Part shown: positions 19,021 to 31,768 of the stretch, piece by piece
Layout of the letters: each line of letters opens with the position of its first letter
Position numbering within the stretch: position 1 is the first letter of the stretch
DNA from: Planctomycetota bacterium
Lineage (GTDB): Bacteria; Planctomycetota; UBA1135; UBA2386
Assembly: GCA_046290465.1 (NCBI GenBank)
Contig: JBKAGP010000001.1
Location: 5,664,001 to 5,728,000, forward strand
DNA length: 64,000 nt
Direction of reading: 5' to 3'
Notes under the pieces: model-generated
Seen by the model: the letters and a program-made list of their open reading frames with translations, nothing else
What the model was told of the DNA's origin: nothing
Database searches by the model: none
Made by a program: the position numbers and the translations under genes

Positions 19021-20061
19021 CTAGTAGATGGGGAGGATGCCGCCCTCGCTGAGCACGTACGGGATCGCCGCCGGCGACGCCGCGTCGTACTGTGCGAACT
19101 GCGTGTAGACGACGCCGCCCTGCAGCGACGGGTCGCTCGGGATCGGCAGCGGGTAGGCGGCGGGGCCGCTCGCCGGCAGCACCAGCGGCACCAGCACGTC
19201 GGACGCGACCAGCAGCTGGCAGGTGCCGCCGAGCGCCAGCGGCAGCGCGGCGCCGTTGCTCTCGGTCTTCGAGTAGCCGAACACGAAGATGCCGAGGCCG
19301 TTCGGCACGACGTAGTCGGCCGTGACGATCGGCGTGGTGCCGATCTGCGGCGTGCCGATCGCGCCGAGGTCCGGGGCCAGGTTGCCGGGGCTGGCGCAGC
19401 CGGTGCCGAACTCGACCATCTGCAGCGGCGCGAACGTGAAGCGCACCTTCAGGCCGCTGCTGTTGAAGTTCGTCGCCGGCAGGCCCGGCTGGTAGCTGAA
19501 GTTGTAGGCGCGCTCGACCAGCCCGTTGCCGACGGTCGTGCCGCAGACCTGGCCCGGGACCGACAGCCTGGTGGTCAGGTCGATGACGATGTGGTCGCCC
19601 GGCTGGTAGTGGAACGGGAACGCCAGCGGCAGGTCGATCCACTCGCAGACCGGCGTCGCGGCGGTGCCGCCGCCGACCAGCGTCGTGCCCGACAGGTCGA
19701 GCTGCACGCGCTGGTCGGGCAGGTTGACGGCCCAGTCGGAGCCGAGCGCGGCGACCGTGGTGGTGCCGGCGCGCAGCACGAACTCGTCGTACGGGGCGGC
19801 GCCGGCGACCGACAGGCCGACCTTGGTGACGAAGCCGCTGGACAGGCCTTGGTTGGCGAGGAAGGCGTCGGGGCAGCGGAACTGCACGCGCACGCTGTCG
19901 CCGTTGGCGCCGACGCCGGGGGTGTAGAGCGGGAAGCCGAACGCGGGTGGGCTGGCGTGCTGGTCGTCCGGGTAGTGGACGACCTGCTGCTGGGCGGCGA
20001 TCGGGGCGGCGATCGGGGCGGCGATGGCCGCGAACAGGAGGGAGGGTGTCAGGTGGCGCAT
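19021..20061 (-). CDS. Secreted hypothetical protein with conserved C-terminal domain
   Basis: Signal peptide ending AQQQ, host-like codon usage, FGTGC linker then P.IG...IPSDPSL.G...YTQF tail. Confidence 0.75.
   Translation of the reverse strand: MRHLTPSLLFAAIAAPIAAPIAAQQQVVHYPDDQHASPPAFGFPLYTPGVGANGDSVRVQFRCPDAFLANQGLSSGFVTKVGLSVAGAAPYDEFVLRAGTTTVAALGSDWAVNLPDQRVQLDLSGTTLVGGGTAATPVCEWIDLPLAFPFHYQPGDHIVIDLTTRLSVPGQVCGTTVGNGLVERAYNFSYQPGLPATNFNSSGLKVRFTFAPLQMVEFGTGCASPGNLAPDLGAIGTPQIGTTPIVTADYVVPNGLGIFVFGYSKTESNGAALPLALGGTCQLLVASDVLVPLVLPASGPAAYPLPIPSDPSLQGGVVYTQFAQYDAASPAAIPYVLSEGGILPIY
19992..20026. repeat. 12-bp tandem repeat (about 3 copies) in signal peptide
   Basis: GGGCGGCGATCG repeated, encodes IAAP x3. 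Confidence 0.7.
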
Positions 20062-20104
20062 GCGAGGGATTCGGTGCGGTAGGGTTGCTCCTCCATTAAC
20101 TGAT

Positions 20105-20123
20105 ACTGAGACGCAGTCGCAAT
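20105..20123. promoter_or_regulatory. Fur-box-like 9-1-9 dyad
   Basis: ACTGAGACG-C-AGTCGCAAT (core TGAGAC-N3-GTCGCA) in an AT-rich patch 44 bp upstream of the 20061 start. Confidence 0.5.
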
Positions 20124-20217
20124 AGCAAGCAGGCTCGTCCGGTTCCTGCGTTTCTTCATCGTCGGTCCCCATCTGGGGTGCGTTGCGCGGGCGCGGCCGG
20201 CGGCGCCCACGCGCCGG

Positions 20218-22115
20218 TCAGAACCGGTGCGTCACCAGCACGTAGCCGCCGCGCTGGATCTGCTCGTCGAAGTAGTACTCCTGGTGGTGCGGGTCGGTCA
20301 GGTTCTGGCCGACCACCTCGATCTCGGTCCGGTCGCAGATCCGCCAGGCGAGGCGCAGGTCGAGCCGCCACCAGTCGTCGACGTTGGCCCAGGCCTGCGT
20401 GTAGAGCAGGTTGGCGCTGACCTCGACGCCCTGGGTGAACTGGTAGGTCGCGGTCGCGCCGCCGCGCAGGCGCGGCACGTTGTCCTCGATCAACCCGAAC
20501 GTCATCGGGTCGATGTTGCTCGAGTCGGCCTCGGTGTGCGCCAGGAACGCGGTCAGCTTGGTGCGCTCGTCGGGCAGCCACGACGCGTGCACCTCGCCGC
20601 CGAACGCGTCGGTCTTGCCGTCCGTCAGGTAGAGCGTCGCGCCGGTGCCCGGGTCGGTCGAGAAGCCGTTGAGCTGGTCGCGCACGCGGTAGTAGTAGCC
20701 GTCGGCCTGCAGCAGGAACCGTTCGCCGAAGCGCTTGCGCACGCCGATCTCCCACGCGGTCAGGTTGCTCGACTGGCGCTTGACCAACAGGCCCGAGTCG
20801 CGGATGCGGGTGTCGGGTTCGCGGTTGGCGCTGACCGCCGTCCACACCGTGGTATCGGCCTGCGGCTGCCACGCCAGGCGGCAGTCGGGCTGCGTGTCGA
20901 TGCCGGTCGTGTCGAAGCCGTCCTCGTAGCCGAGGTTGCCGCCGAGCGTCAGCTTCAGCGTCGGATCGATGTCCCAGTCCCACGACACGAACAGGTCGCC
21001 GCGGGTCTCGTTGTACTCGCCGCCGAAGTCGGCGATGACGCGGTAGAACTCGACCGTCAGCGAACGCAGCACGCCGCCGACCGTCAGCTGGTGGTCCTCG
21101 GCCGGACTCCACGAGTGCATGAGCATCGTGTCGAACAGCTCCTCGCGGTAGCGCAGGTGGCCGTCCGGCGCGTTGTTGAGGTAGTCGCGGATGTCCTGGT
21201 CGTAGGCGTCCGCACCGAGCCGCCACTGCGTGAAGTGGTCCTCGCCGTGCTGGATCTGCAGCTTCGCCTTGAGGTGGCCGGCCTTGATCATGTTGAGCGA
21301 CGAGAAGCCCGGCCAGATCTCGTACGAGTCGCCGAGGAAGCTGTCGTGGTAGAGCCCGTCGACGCTCAGGTGCACGCCGTCGTCGAGCTCGGTGTCGATG
21401 CGCGCGCCGACCATGTCGTTGTCCCAGCGGTCGCCGCTGACGTCGGGGAAGCCGCCGTCGCGCTGCGCCATCTTGCCGAACACGTAGAAGTCGGTCTGCT
21501 CGCCGAGCTGCTCGCCGAACCGGAACGAGCCGCCCAGCCGTTCTTCGGTGCCGGCCCAGCCGGTCACGCGCAGGCCGCGGGTGCGCTCGTTGGCCTTCTT
21601 GGTGACGATGTTGATGACGCCCTGCGAGGCCTTGTCGCCCCAGCGCGAACCGCCGGGGCCGCGCACCACCTCGATGCGTTCGATGGTCTCGAGCGGCAGG
21701 TCGATCGCCTGCCAGTACTCGCGCCGCAGCAGCGTCGTGTAGAGGCGCTGGCCGTCGATCAGCACCAGCATCCCGGCGAATCCGTACTCGCCCAGGCGGC
21801 TGCTGAAGCCGTAGGCGCCGGGCACGTCCTGCGCGATGACCAGGCCGGGCACCAGCCGCAGCAGTTCGGGGACCGAGCGCATGCCCGAGCGACGGATGTC
21901 CTGCTCGGTCAGGACGAACACCGAAGCCGCGGTCTTCGACAGCGGTTCGCTCTGGCGCGAGCCGACCTCGACGGCGACGTCCATCAGCTCTTCGAGGCTG
22001 AGGTCCTCGAGGTCGAGGTCGCCGTTGGTCGCGGTCGGCGGGTCCTGCGCCGTGGCATCCTGCTGGGCCAGCAACGGCAGGCACAGCATGCAGGTCGACA
22101 AGAAGAGGCGGGGGG

Positions 22116-22119
<4 letters not shown>
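20218..22119 (-). CDS. TonB-dependent receptor (plug + barrel)
   Basis: [13 protein letters not shown]-terminus, [29 protein letters not shown], terminal Phe. Confidence 0.9.
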
Positions 22120-24457
<2,338 letters not shown>

Positions 24458-24461
<4 letters not shown>

Positions 24462-25087
24462 TTGCGCGGCCCCTTCGTCGACAGCTTCAACAGGTTGGGG
24501 TTGGCGCGCACCTGCTGCTTCTTCAGCGCGGCCTGGTTGATCTCGAAGCGGACCTTCTTCTTCTCGACGAACAGCTGGATGCCGCCGCCCTTGCTGGCGA
24601 AGCCGGCGCGTTCGCAGACCAGTACGGTCGACAGCCGTTCGTGCCGCTGCACGATCTTGTCGACCTTGGGTGCGGTCACGGTGGTCGCGACGTAGAGCAG
24701 GTCGTGGGTGCGTCGCTCGGCCTTGGCGGCGACCTCCGGATCGATCACGTCGATGATCACCTTGCGCTTGCCGACCTGCTTGCCGGGCAGCTTCTCACGG
24801 ATCGCGTTGGCCAGCAGGTCCTTGCCGACCACGCCGATGCGGAACGGCGCGGTGCGCTGCCTGGCATCCGGAAAGCGCAGGTGCGGCGCGATCTTCAGGA
24901 TGATCATCGCCCGCACGATCGCGGCGCGCGCCTTCGGGTTCTGCGGCAGCTGCGCCGGTGCGGCCACGACGGCCCGCGCCTCGACGACGTGGTCGGTGTT
25001 CTCCCCCGGCGTCACGTTGGCGAGGGTCAGCGTCAGACCGACCGCGCAAACGTGCGCCGGGAGCAGGTTGGTGGGGGCCCCGGGCAT
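24458..25087 (-). CDS. YfiR/HmsC-family periplasmic protein
   Basis: [31 protein letters not shown] signature; ATGA overlap with kinase; start uncertain. Confidence 0.85.
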
Positions 25088-25165
25088 GGACGTCTTCCTC
25101 AGATCGTCATGCCGCGGGGCAGCCCTCAATGGGGCTTCCCCGCATCTTCGCGCCCGCCCGGGCGA

Positions 25166-28100
25166 TCAGCTGTCGGCTTTCGCGACAGCCGGCCGTTCGG
25201 CAGCGACTTCGTCGCTCGGCTCGCTGCCGTACAGCCAGCGCCAGCCGCCCCGGATCGACCTGACGAAGTCGTCGAGCACCAGGTAGAGGCACGGCACCAG
25301 CACCAGCGTGATCAACGTCGCGAACAGCACGCCGAACGCCAGCGATACGCCCATCGGCACCAGGAAGCGCGCCTGCACGCTGCGCTCGAGCAGCAGCGGC
25401 AGCAGCCCGAAGAACGTCGTCAGCGACGTCAGCAGGATCGGCCGGAAGCGGGCGGCGCCGGCGGTGCGGACCGCCTCCATCAGCGAGCCGCTGTCCTTGC
25501 GGCGCTTGTTGATCCAGTCGACCAGCACGATGTTGTCGTTGACCACGACGCCGGACAGCGCGATGACGCCGAACATCGACAGGATGCTCAGGTCGTAGCC
25601 GGTCAGCATGTGGCCGAGCACGGCGCCGACGAACCCGAACGGGATCGCGGTGATGATCAGCACCGGTTGCAGGAACGAGTGCAGCGGGATCGCCATCAGC
25701 GCATACATCGCGAACAGCGCGATCACGAAGCCGCCCGCCAGCGAGATCAGCAGGTCGGTCTTCTTCTTCTGGTCGCCCTCGAAGCCCCAGCTCAGGCCGT
25801 CGTAGCGCGCTACCAGCCGCGGCATGATCTCCTCGCGGATGCGCGCGTTGACCGCCTCGGCGCTGGCGTCCGGATCGTTCTCGTCGATGTCTCCGCTGAC
25901 GCGCAGTGCGCGCTTCTGGTTGACGCGGGTGATCGACGAGAACGAACGACCGCCGTCGACCTCGGCCACGATCCCGATCGGCACCTCGTCGCCCGACGGC
26001 GTGCGGATGCGCATGCCGTCGAGGTCGGTCAGCGACCGTCGCTCGGCCTCGGGATAGCGGACCATCACCTTGACGTCGTCCCTGCCGCGCTGGATGCGCT
26101 GCGCCTCCTCGCCGTAGAACGCCTGTCGCACCTGGCGGGCGAGGTCGCGCTGGCTCAGCCCGAGCGGCTCGGCCGACGGCTTGATGCGCAGCTCCAGTTC
26201 GCGCTTGCCGAGGCGGAACGAGCTGGTGACGTCCTTGACCTCCGGCATCTTCGACAGCTCCGCCTGCAGGTCGTCGATCGCCGACCGCAGCGTGTCCATG
26301 TCGGCGTGGTAGACCTCGACGTCGATGTCCTTGCCGGTGCTGAAGAACGACGTCGTGTAGGTCAGCTCGATCGCGTCCGGGATCGTGCCGACCCGTTCGC
26401 GCAGCGTGCCCATGATCTCGTCGGACGACGGCGTGCGCAGCTCGGAGCGCAGCAGCTGCAGGTTGATCTCGCCGAGGTGCGAACCGGACGAGAACTGCGC
26501 GTCGCGGTTGCCGCCGTTCTGGGCCTGCTCCTGCGAGTACGGCTGCGAGCCGACGGTCGCCAGCATGTGGTCCAGCAGCCGGCCGTCGCTCGGCTGCTCG
26601 CGGTCGAACTCGTCGCACAGCTCGCGCGCGGTGCGCTCGATGTGGGCGAGCACCTGGGTGGTCTTCTCGATCGGCGTGCCCTGCGGCATCGTCAGCGACA
26701 CGACGACGTTGTCGCCCTCGACCGTCGGGAAGAACACGAACCGCGGGAAGCCCGCGACCACCAGCGAAACGACCAGCAAGAACGTCGCGCCGGCGGCGGC
26801 GATCGTGGTGTAGCGCCAGCGCAGGCTCAGCTCGAGGATCGGCTGGTAGACGCGCTGCACGATCCAGGTGAGCATGCCTTGCACCCGGTCCTGCGCCCAG
26901 CCGAGCGCGCGCGCGCCGAACCACGGCCGCGCGTTGGTGCTCTCCTTCATCAGCGTCAGGTGCGAGGGCAGGCACAGCTGCGACTCGATCAGGCTGAGCG
27001 CGAGCACCGGCAGCACGATCAGCGGGATCACCCGCCAGATCTGCGCGTCGGAGCCGGGCACCGAGAACAGCATCGGCAGGAACGCGACGATCGTCGTCAG
27101 CACCGACGCGAACACCGGGTTGCGCACCTCGCGGCTGCCGCGGATCGACGCCAGCATCGGGTTGGCGCCGAGCCGTCGGTGCCTGGCGATGTTCTCGCCG
27201 ACCACGATCGCGTCGTCGACGACGATGCCGAGCACCAGCAGGAACGCGAACAGCGAGATCATGTTGATCGACACGTCGACGACCGGCATGAACGCGACCG
27301 CGCCGAGGAACGCCACCGGGATGCCGAGCGCGACCCAGATCGCCAGCCGCAGCTGCAGGAACAGCGCCAGGATCACGAACACCAGGATCAGGCCCTGGCC
27401 GGCGTTGCGCAGCAGCAGCTCGATGCGGCTCTTCAGGATCACCGACTCATCCTTCCAGGTGGTGATCTCGACGCCCTCGGGCATCATCGACTGGCCCTTC
27501 TCGGCGACCCAGCGGCGCACCGCCTCGGTGATCACGATCGCGTCCTGGTCGCCGACGCGGAACACCTTCAGCAGCGCGGCCGGCCTGCTGTCGAAGCGCG
27601 CCGTCAGGTCGTCGTCGGCGAAGCCGTCGACCACGCGCGCGACCTCGCCGAGCTTGACCTCGCTGCCGTCGGGCCGGGTCAGCACCGTGATGTCCTCGAA
27701 CTCGCGGCCGCGGTAGGCCTGACCCTGGACGCGCAGCAGCGTCTGGCCGTCGCTCGACTTGATCGCGCCGGCCGGCAGGTCGAGGCTGCTGCCGCGGATC
27801 GCGTCGGCGACCTGGTCGAACGTCAGGCCGTAGCGACGCAGCGTGTCCTCGCCGACCTCGACCGAGATCTCGTACGGGCGCACGGCCTCGAGCTCGACCT
27901 GGGTCACCTCCGGCAGGCCGGTCAGTTCGTCGCGGACCTGCTCGGCGAGGCGCTTGAGCGGCAGTTCGCCGACCTCGCCCGACAGCGAAACGTAGATGAC
28001 CTGCTTGCGCAGCGTCAGCCGCGAGACGATCGGCTCCTCGATCTCGCCGGGGAAGTTGGTGATCGCGTCGACCTGGTTCTTGACGTCGTCGAGCACGCGG

Positions 28101-28447
28101 CCGACGTCGGCGTCCTGCAGCGTCTCGATGCTGACCGCGCCCGCGCCTTCGCTCGCCGTCGCCGTGATCTTGTCGATGCCGGTGACGCTCGACACCGCCT
28201 CCTCGATGATCTGGCAGACGCCGGTCTCGACCTCGGCGGGGGTCGCACCCGGATAGACGACCGACACCCGCACGACGTTGGGCGTGATCTCGGGGAACAC
28301 CTCGCGGCGCACGCGACCGGTCAACAGGGCCGCGGCGCCGGCGACGATGAACGCCAGCGCCAGCAGCGTGGCGGCGACGTGGTTCTGGGTGAACCGGGCG
28401 AAGAAGCCCTTGGCCTCTTCGGGCGGGATCGCGTGCTCGTCGCTCAT
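25166..28447 (-). CDS. RND efflux permease
   Basis: YPGATPAEVE, LGIVVDDAIVVGENI, RFRPILLTSLTT; 1093 aa. Confidence 0.95.
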   Translation of the reverse strand: MSDEHAIPPEEAKGFFARFTQNHVAATLLALAFIVAGAAALLTGRVRREVFPEITPNVVRVSVVYPGATPAEVETGVCQIIEEAVSSVTGIDKITATASEGAGAVSIETLQDADVGRVLDDVKNQVDAITNFPGEIEEPIVSRLTLRKQVIYVSLSGEVGELPLKRLAEQVRDELTGLPEVTQVELEAVRPYEISVEVGEDTLRRYGLTFDQVADAIRGSSLDLPAGAIKSSDGQTLLRVQGQAYRGREFEDITVLTRPDGSEVKLGEVARVVDGFADDDLTARFDSRPAALLKVFRVGDQDAIVITEAVRRWVAEKGQSMMPEGVEITTWKDESVILKSRIELLLRNAGQGLILVFVILALFLQLRLAIWVALGIPVAFLGAVAFMPVVDVSINMISLFAFLLVLGIVVDDAIVVGENIARHRRLGANPMLASIRGSREVRNPVFASVLTTIVAFLPMLFSVPGSDAQIWRVIPLIVLPVLALSLIESQLCLPSHLTLMKESTNARPWFGARALGWAQDRVQGMLTWIVQRVYQPILELSLRWRYTTIAAAGATFLLVVSLVVAGFPRFVFFPTVEGDNVVVSLTMPQGTPIEKTTQVLAHIERTARELCDEFDREQPSDGRLLDHMLATVGSQPYSQEQAQNGGNRDAQFSSGSHLGEINLQLLRSELRTPSSDEIMGTLRERVGTIPDAIELTYTTSFFSTGKDIDVEVYHADMDTLRSAIDDLQAELSKMPEVKDVTSSFRLGKRELELRIKPSAEPLGLSQRDLARQVRQAFYGEEAQRIQRGRDDVKVMVRYPEAERRSLTDLDGMRIRTPSGDEVPIGIVAEVDGGRSFSSITRVNQKRALRVSGDIDENDPDASAEAVNARIREEIMPRLVARYDGLSWGFEGDQKKKTDLLISLAGGFVIALFAMYALMAIPLHSFLQPVLIITAIPFGFVGAVLGHMLTGYDLSILSMFGVIALSGVVVNDNIVLVDWINKRRKDSGSLMEAVRTAGAARFRPILLTSLTTFFGLLPLLLERSVQARFLVPMGVSLAFGVLFATLITLVLVPCLYLVLDDFVRSIRGGWRWLYGSEPSDEVAAERPAVAKADS

Positions 28448-29637
28448 CGGTTCTGCTCCTGCGGCTCGGTGACGTCCTCGTCGACGCGCACCTTCATGCC
28501 GTCGACGGGCGCCTGCATGCTGGTGACGCAGACGCGGTCGCCGGCGACCAGGCCGGTCTGGACCAGCACGCGGTCACGTTCGGCGCGCAGCACCTCGACG
28601 GTGCGGCGCTCGAGGTGGCGGCTTTTGACGCCGTCGTCGTCGGTGCGCTCGCTGACCAGCCAGACCTGGTCACCCTGGAACACCGCCGCGCGCGGCACCG
28701 CGAACACCTGCTCGGCGAGCCGGCCGCGGATCGTCGCGTCGAGGAACATGCCGACCAGCAGCGGGTTGTCGCCGGTGGCGCGCACCCGCGCGACCGCCGT
28801 CAGCTGGCGGGTCTTGCGGTCGAGCTCGCCCTCGATGCGGACGATCCGGCCGGGCCAGCTGCGGCGCCGGCCGGCGAACTCGGCCGACAGCTCGACCTTC
28901 GGGCCGTCGTCGGTGCTGCCGGCGAGCGGCAGGTCGACGAAGCCCGCGTCGTGCAGCGGAATCGGCAGCCGCACTTCCAGCTCGCCGGTGTCGAGCACGA
29001 CGGCGAGCCGCTGGCCGCGCTGCACGGTCTGGCCGATGTCGGCGTGCACGCTGCGCACGCGCCCCGCGAACGGCAGCTGCACCTTGCAGCGCAGCAGGTC
29101 GGTGCGGGCGCGTTCGAGCTGCGCCTTGGCCGCCTCGACCGCCAGCGTCGCGTCCTTGATCTGCGGCTCGCGGCGCACCAGCGGGTCGGCCGGACGGTCG
29201 CCCTCGAGCTGCTTCCAGGCGCGCACCGCGGCCTTGGCCTCGGCCTCCTCCTGCAGCAGCCGCAGCTCGGCGCGCGCCACCGCCGACTCCTGCTGGTGGA
29301 TCGCCAGGCGGTAGTCGGTCGGGTCGATTTCGACCAGCACGTCGTTGGGCGTGAACGTGCCGCCGGCTCGCAGCGCCGGGTCGGTCCCGACGATGCGGCC
29401 TGAGACCTCCGCGGCCAGCTCGACCGTGCGCAGCGGTTCGACCGTGCCGCGCGCCAGCACGTCGAGCCGTTCGTCCGACGGCGCCACCGCGTGCACGCGC
29501 ACCAGCGGTCCGAGGTTCTCGGGCGCCGCTACGATCGGCTTCTTGCTGTTGGTGACGACCAGGTAGGCGCCGCCGATGCCGCCGGCGAGCACGGCGATCG
29601 GCAGCAGGATCTGGAGGATGGTTCGGAACGCTGTCAT
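28444..29637 (-). CDS. RND periplasmic adaptor (MFP)
   Basis: N-terminal TM, EVSGRI, IDPTDY, PFAGRV, GMFL, GLVAGDRV. Confidence 0.92.
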   Translation of the reverse strand: MTAFRTILQILLPIAVLAGGIGGAYLVVTNSKKPIVAAPENLGPLVRVHAVAPSDERLDVLARGTVEPLRTVELAAEVSGRIVGTDPALRAGGTFTPNDVLVEIDPTDYRLAIHQQESAVARAELRLLQEEAEAKAAVRAWKQLEGDRPADPLVRREPQIKDATLAVEAAKAQLERARTDLLRCKVQLPFAGRVRSVHADIGQTVQRGQRLAVVLDTGELEVRLPIPLHDAGFVDLPLAGSTDDGPKVELSAEFAGRRRSWPGRIVRIEGELDRKTRQLTAVARVRATGDNPLLVGMFLDATIRGRLAEQVFAVPRAAVFQGDQVWLVSERTDDDGVKSRHLERRTVEVLRAERDRVLVQTGLVAGDRVCVTSMQAPVDGMKVRVDEDVTEPQEQNR

Positions 29638-31055
29638 CGCGGTTCTCCGGTCTGCATCGTGAAGCCGCCGCCCAGGGCGAGCAGCAGGTCGATGCGGTTG
29701 TCGATGCGTTGGCGCGCGACGGTCAGCCGCGCCGATTCGGCCTGGAAGGCCTGGCGCTGGCCGTCGGCGACGGTCAGGAAGTCGGTCAGGCCCAGCTGCC
29801 AGCGCTCGCGGGCGAGGTCGCGGGCCTCGCTGGCGTGCGCCGCGGCGTCCCCGAGCGCGGCTGAGCGGTTGTCGAGTTCGGTCGCGGTGACCAGGATGTT
29901 CTCGACCTCGCCGAACGCGCGCAGCACCGCGTCGCCGTAGCTGGCGAACGCCTCGGCGCGCACCGCCTGCTGGCGGCGCACCTCGGCGCGCAGCGCGCCG
30001 CCGCGGAACAGCGGCTGCAGCAGGTTGCCGCCGATGCTCCAGACGCGGAAGTCCGAGTCGACCAGGTCCTCGAGGTCGAGGCTCTGGGTGCCGCCGCTCG
30101 CGGTCAGCGCGAACTGCGGGTAGAGCGCCGCCTCGGCGGCGTCGACGCGGCAGCCGGCGGCGGCGACGCGGCGCTCGGCGGCGCGCAGGTCGGGCCGTCG
30201 CTGCAGCAGTTCGCTCGGCAGGCCGGCCGGCACCGCGGGCAGCTCGTCCGGCAGCGCGTCGGCGACCGCGAGGCGGCCGCTCGGGTAGCGGCCGACCAGC
30301 ATGTCGAGCTGCCGCAGCGCGCGCTGCAGCGCTTCGCGCCGCTGCGCGGTGTTGGCGTTGGCGTTGGCGAGGTTGGTGGCAGCCTGGTGCACCTCGAGTG
30401 CCGGCCGCACGCCGCGTCGGAACCGATCGCGCACGTCGGCCAGCGTCTTCTCGAACGCGGCGGCGGTGGCGTCGGCGAGCGCGAGCTGCTGGCGCGCCTC
30501 GACCGCCGCGAACCAGGCGCGGCAGATCTGGCCGGCGAGGCTCAGCTGCGCCGCCTGCAGGTCGTGCACGGCGGCCTGCTGGTCGGCGAGCGCGGCGGCG
30601 TCGGCGCTGCGCAGGCGGCCCCAGACGTCGAGCTCCCAGCGCACGCCGAGCGACAGGCCGTAGGTGGTCACCGTCGTGCTCGGCACGCCGCCGCTGCCGA
30701 ACGGAAAGCCGAGGAACAGGCGGCGGGCGCGGTCGGCGTTGAAGCTGACGTCGGCCTCGGGCAGCAGCGGGGCTCCGGCGATCGTGTGCGCGGCGGCGGC
30801 GGCCTCGAAGCGCGCGACCGACGCCTGCAGGTTGGGGTTGTTGGCGAGGCCCAGCGCGACCAGCTCGTCGAGTCGCTGGTCGCCGAACTCGCGCCACCAG
30901 TCGATGCGCAGCTCGCTGCGCGGTTCGGCGTCGGTCCGGTCCGGTGCGCTCCACTGGTCGGGCACGTCGAGCTGCAGCTCGTCGTCGATGCGCGGCGGGG
31001 GATCGCCGGCGCAGGCGGCCAGCAACAGGCACGGCAACAGCAGCGCGCGGTTCAT
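29634..31055 (-). CDS. Outer membrane efflux lipoprotein (OprM/NodT family)
   Basis: LLAAC lipobox, WW..FGD..L, WELDVWG, LPSELLQRRPD, ALGGG. Confidence 0.93.
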   Translation of the reverse strand: MNRALLLPCLLLAACAGDPPPRIDDELQLDVPDQWSAPDRTDAEPRSELRIDWWREFGDQRLDELVALGLANNPNLQASVARFEAAAAAHTIAGAPLLPEADVSFNADRARRLFLGFPFGSGGVPSTTVTTYGLSLGVRWELDVWGRLRSADAAALADQQAAVHDLQAAQLSLAGQICRAWFAAVEARQQLALADATAAAFEKTLADVRDRFRRGVRPALEVHQAATNLANANANTAQRREALQRALRQLDMLVGRYPSGRLAVADALPDELPAVPAGLPSELLQRRPDLRAAERRVAAAGCRVDAAEAALYPQFALTASGGTQSLDLEDLVDSDFRVWSIGGNLLQPLFRGGALRAEVRRQQAVRAEAFASYGDAVLRAFGEVENILVTATELDNRSAALGDAAAHASEARDLARERWQLGLTDFLTVADGQRQAFQAESARLTVARQRIDNRIDLLLALGGGFTMQTGEPR

Positions 31056-31717
31056 CGGTGGGCCTCCGGGCCGTTGTGGGCAGGGCGGTCTCGATCGCGG
31101 CCGGCGAAGCCGCCGACGGCGTAGGCGACGAGCTGTTCGGCGAGCTCGTCCGGATCGTCGATGCGGCAGGCGCCACCGCTGACCTGGGTCAGCATGTGCG
31201 CGCTCTGCAGCGTGTGGGCCATCGCGCCGACGGTGAAGTGCATGCGGAGCCACGTGGTCTCCGCGTCGATCCCCGGCGCCGCCTCCTGCAACATGGCGAC
31301 GAAACGCCGACCCAGCTCGCCGAATTGCTCGGCGAAGAAGCCGCGCAGGAACGGCGGCTGCTCGACGCTGATGCGGCCGAAGATCCGGGCGAGTCCCGCT
31401 GCCTGGCCGTCGGGTGAGGTTCCCGAGGTCGCGATCGCGCGCAGCGCCGGCTCGACGAACGCGCGCACGATGCCCTCGAGCGTCGGCGGCGCCATCGCGT
31501 CGAGCCGGCGCACGCGCTCGGCGTTGATCGGCTCGATGCGGCGGCGCAGCACCGCCTTGACCAGTTCGTCCTTCGAACCGAAGTGGTAGTTGACCGCCGC
31601 CAGGTTGACGCCGGCGCGCTGCGTCAGCTGCCGGAGCGACGTCGCGGCGAAGCCCTGCTCGGCGAACAGGGCCTCGGCGGCGTCGAGGATCGTGTCCTTG
31701 GTGTCCGTCGTCGGCAT
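31052..31717 (-). CDS. TetR-family regulator (PsrA-like)
   Basis: ILDAAEALFAEQGF...GVNLAAVNYHFGSK HTH; C-terminal WLRMHFTVGAM. Confidence 0.9.
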   Translation of the reverse strand: MPTTDTKDTILDAAEALFAEQGFAATSLRQLTQRAGVNLAAVNYHFGSKDELVKAVLRRRIEPINAERVRRLDAMAPPTLEGIVRAFVEPALRAIATSGTSPDGQAAGLARIFGRISVEQPPFLRGFFAEQFGELGRRFVAMLQEAAPGIDAETTWLRMHFTVGAMAHTLQSAHMLTQVSGGACRIDDPDELAEQLVAYAVGGFAGRDRDRPAHNGPEAHR

Positions 31718-31750
31718 GCGAGGACGGAACGTAGCGCGTCGAACGGTTGT

Positions 31751-31768
31751 TTCAAACGAGTGTTTGAA
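31751..31768. promoter_or_regulatory. PsrA-type TetR operator
   Basis: Perfect palindrome TTCAAAC-GAGT-GTTTGAA 34 bp upstream of the tetR start; weaker copy CGAAC-N4-GTTTC at 31740-31753. Confidence 0.8.

Noticed and set aside
24641..29314. 1557-aa plus-strand ORF and many similar long antisense or alternate-frame ORFs (e.g. 43133-44659 extension, 52147-56175, 44555-48328)
   Set aside because: Shadow ORFs of high-GC coding DNA: Arg/Ala/Gly-rich, no motifs, and overlapping well-supported genes
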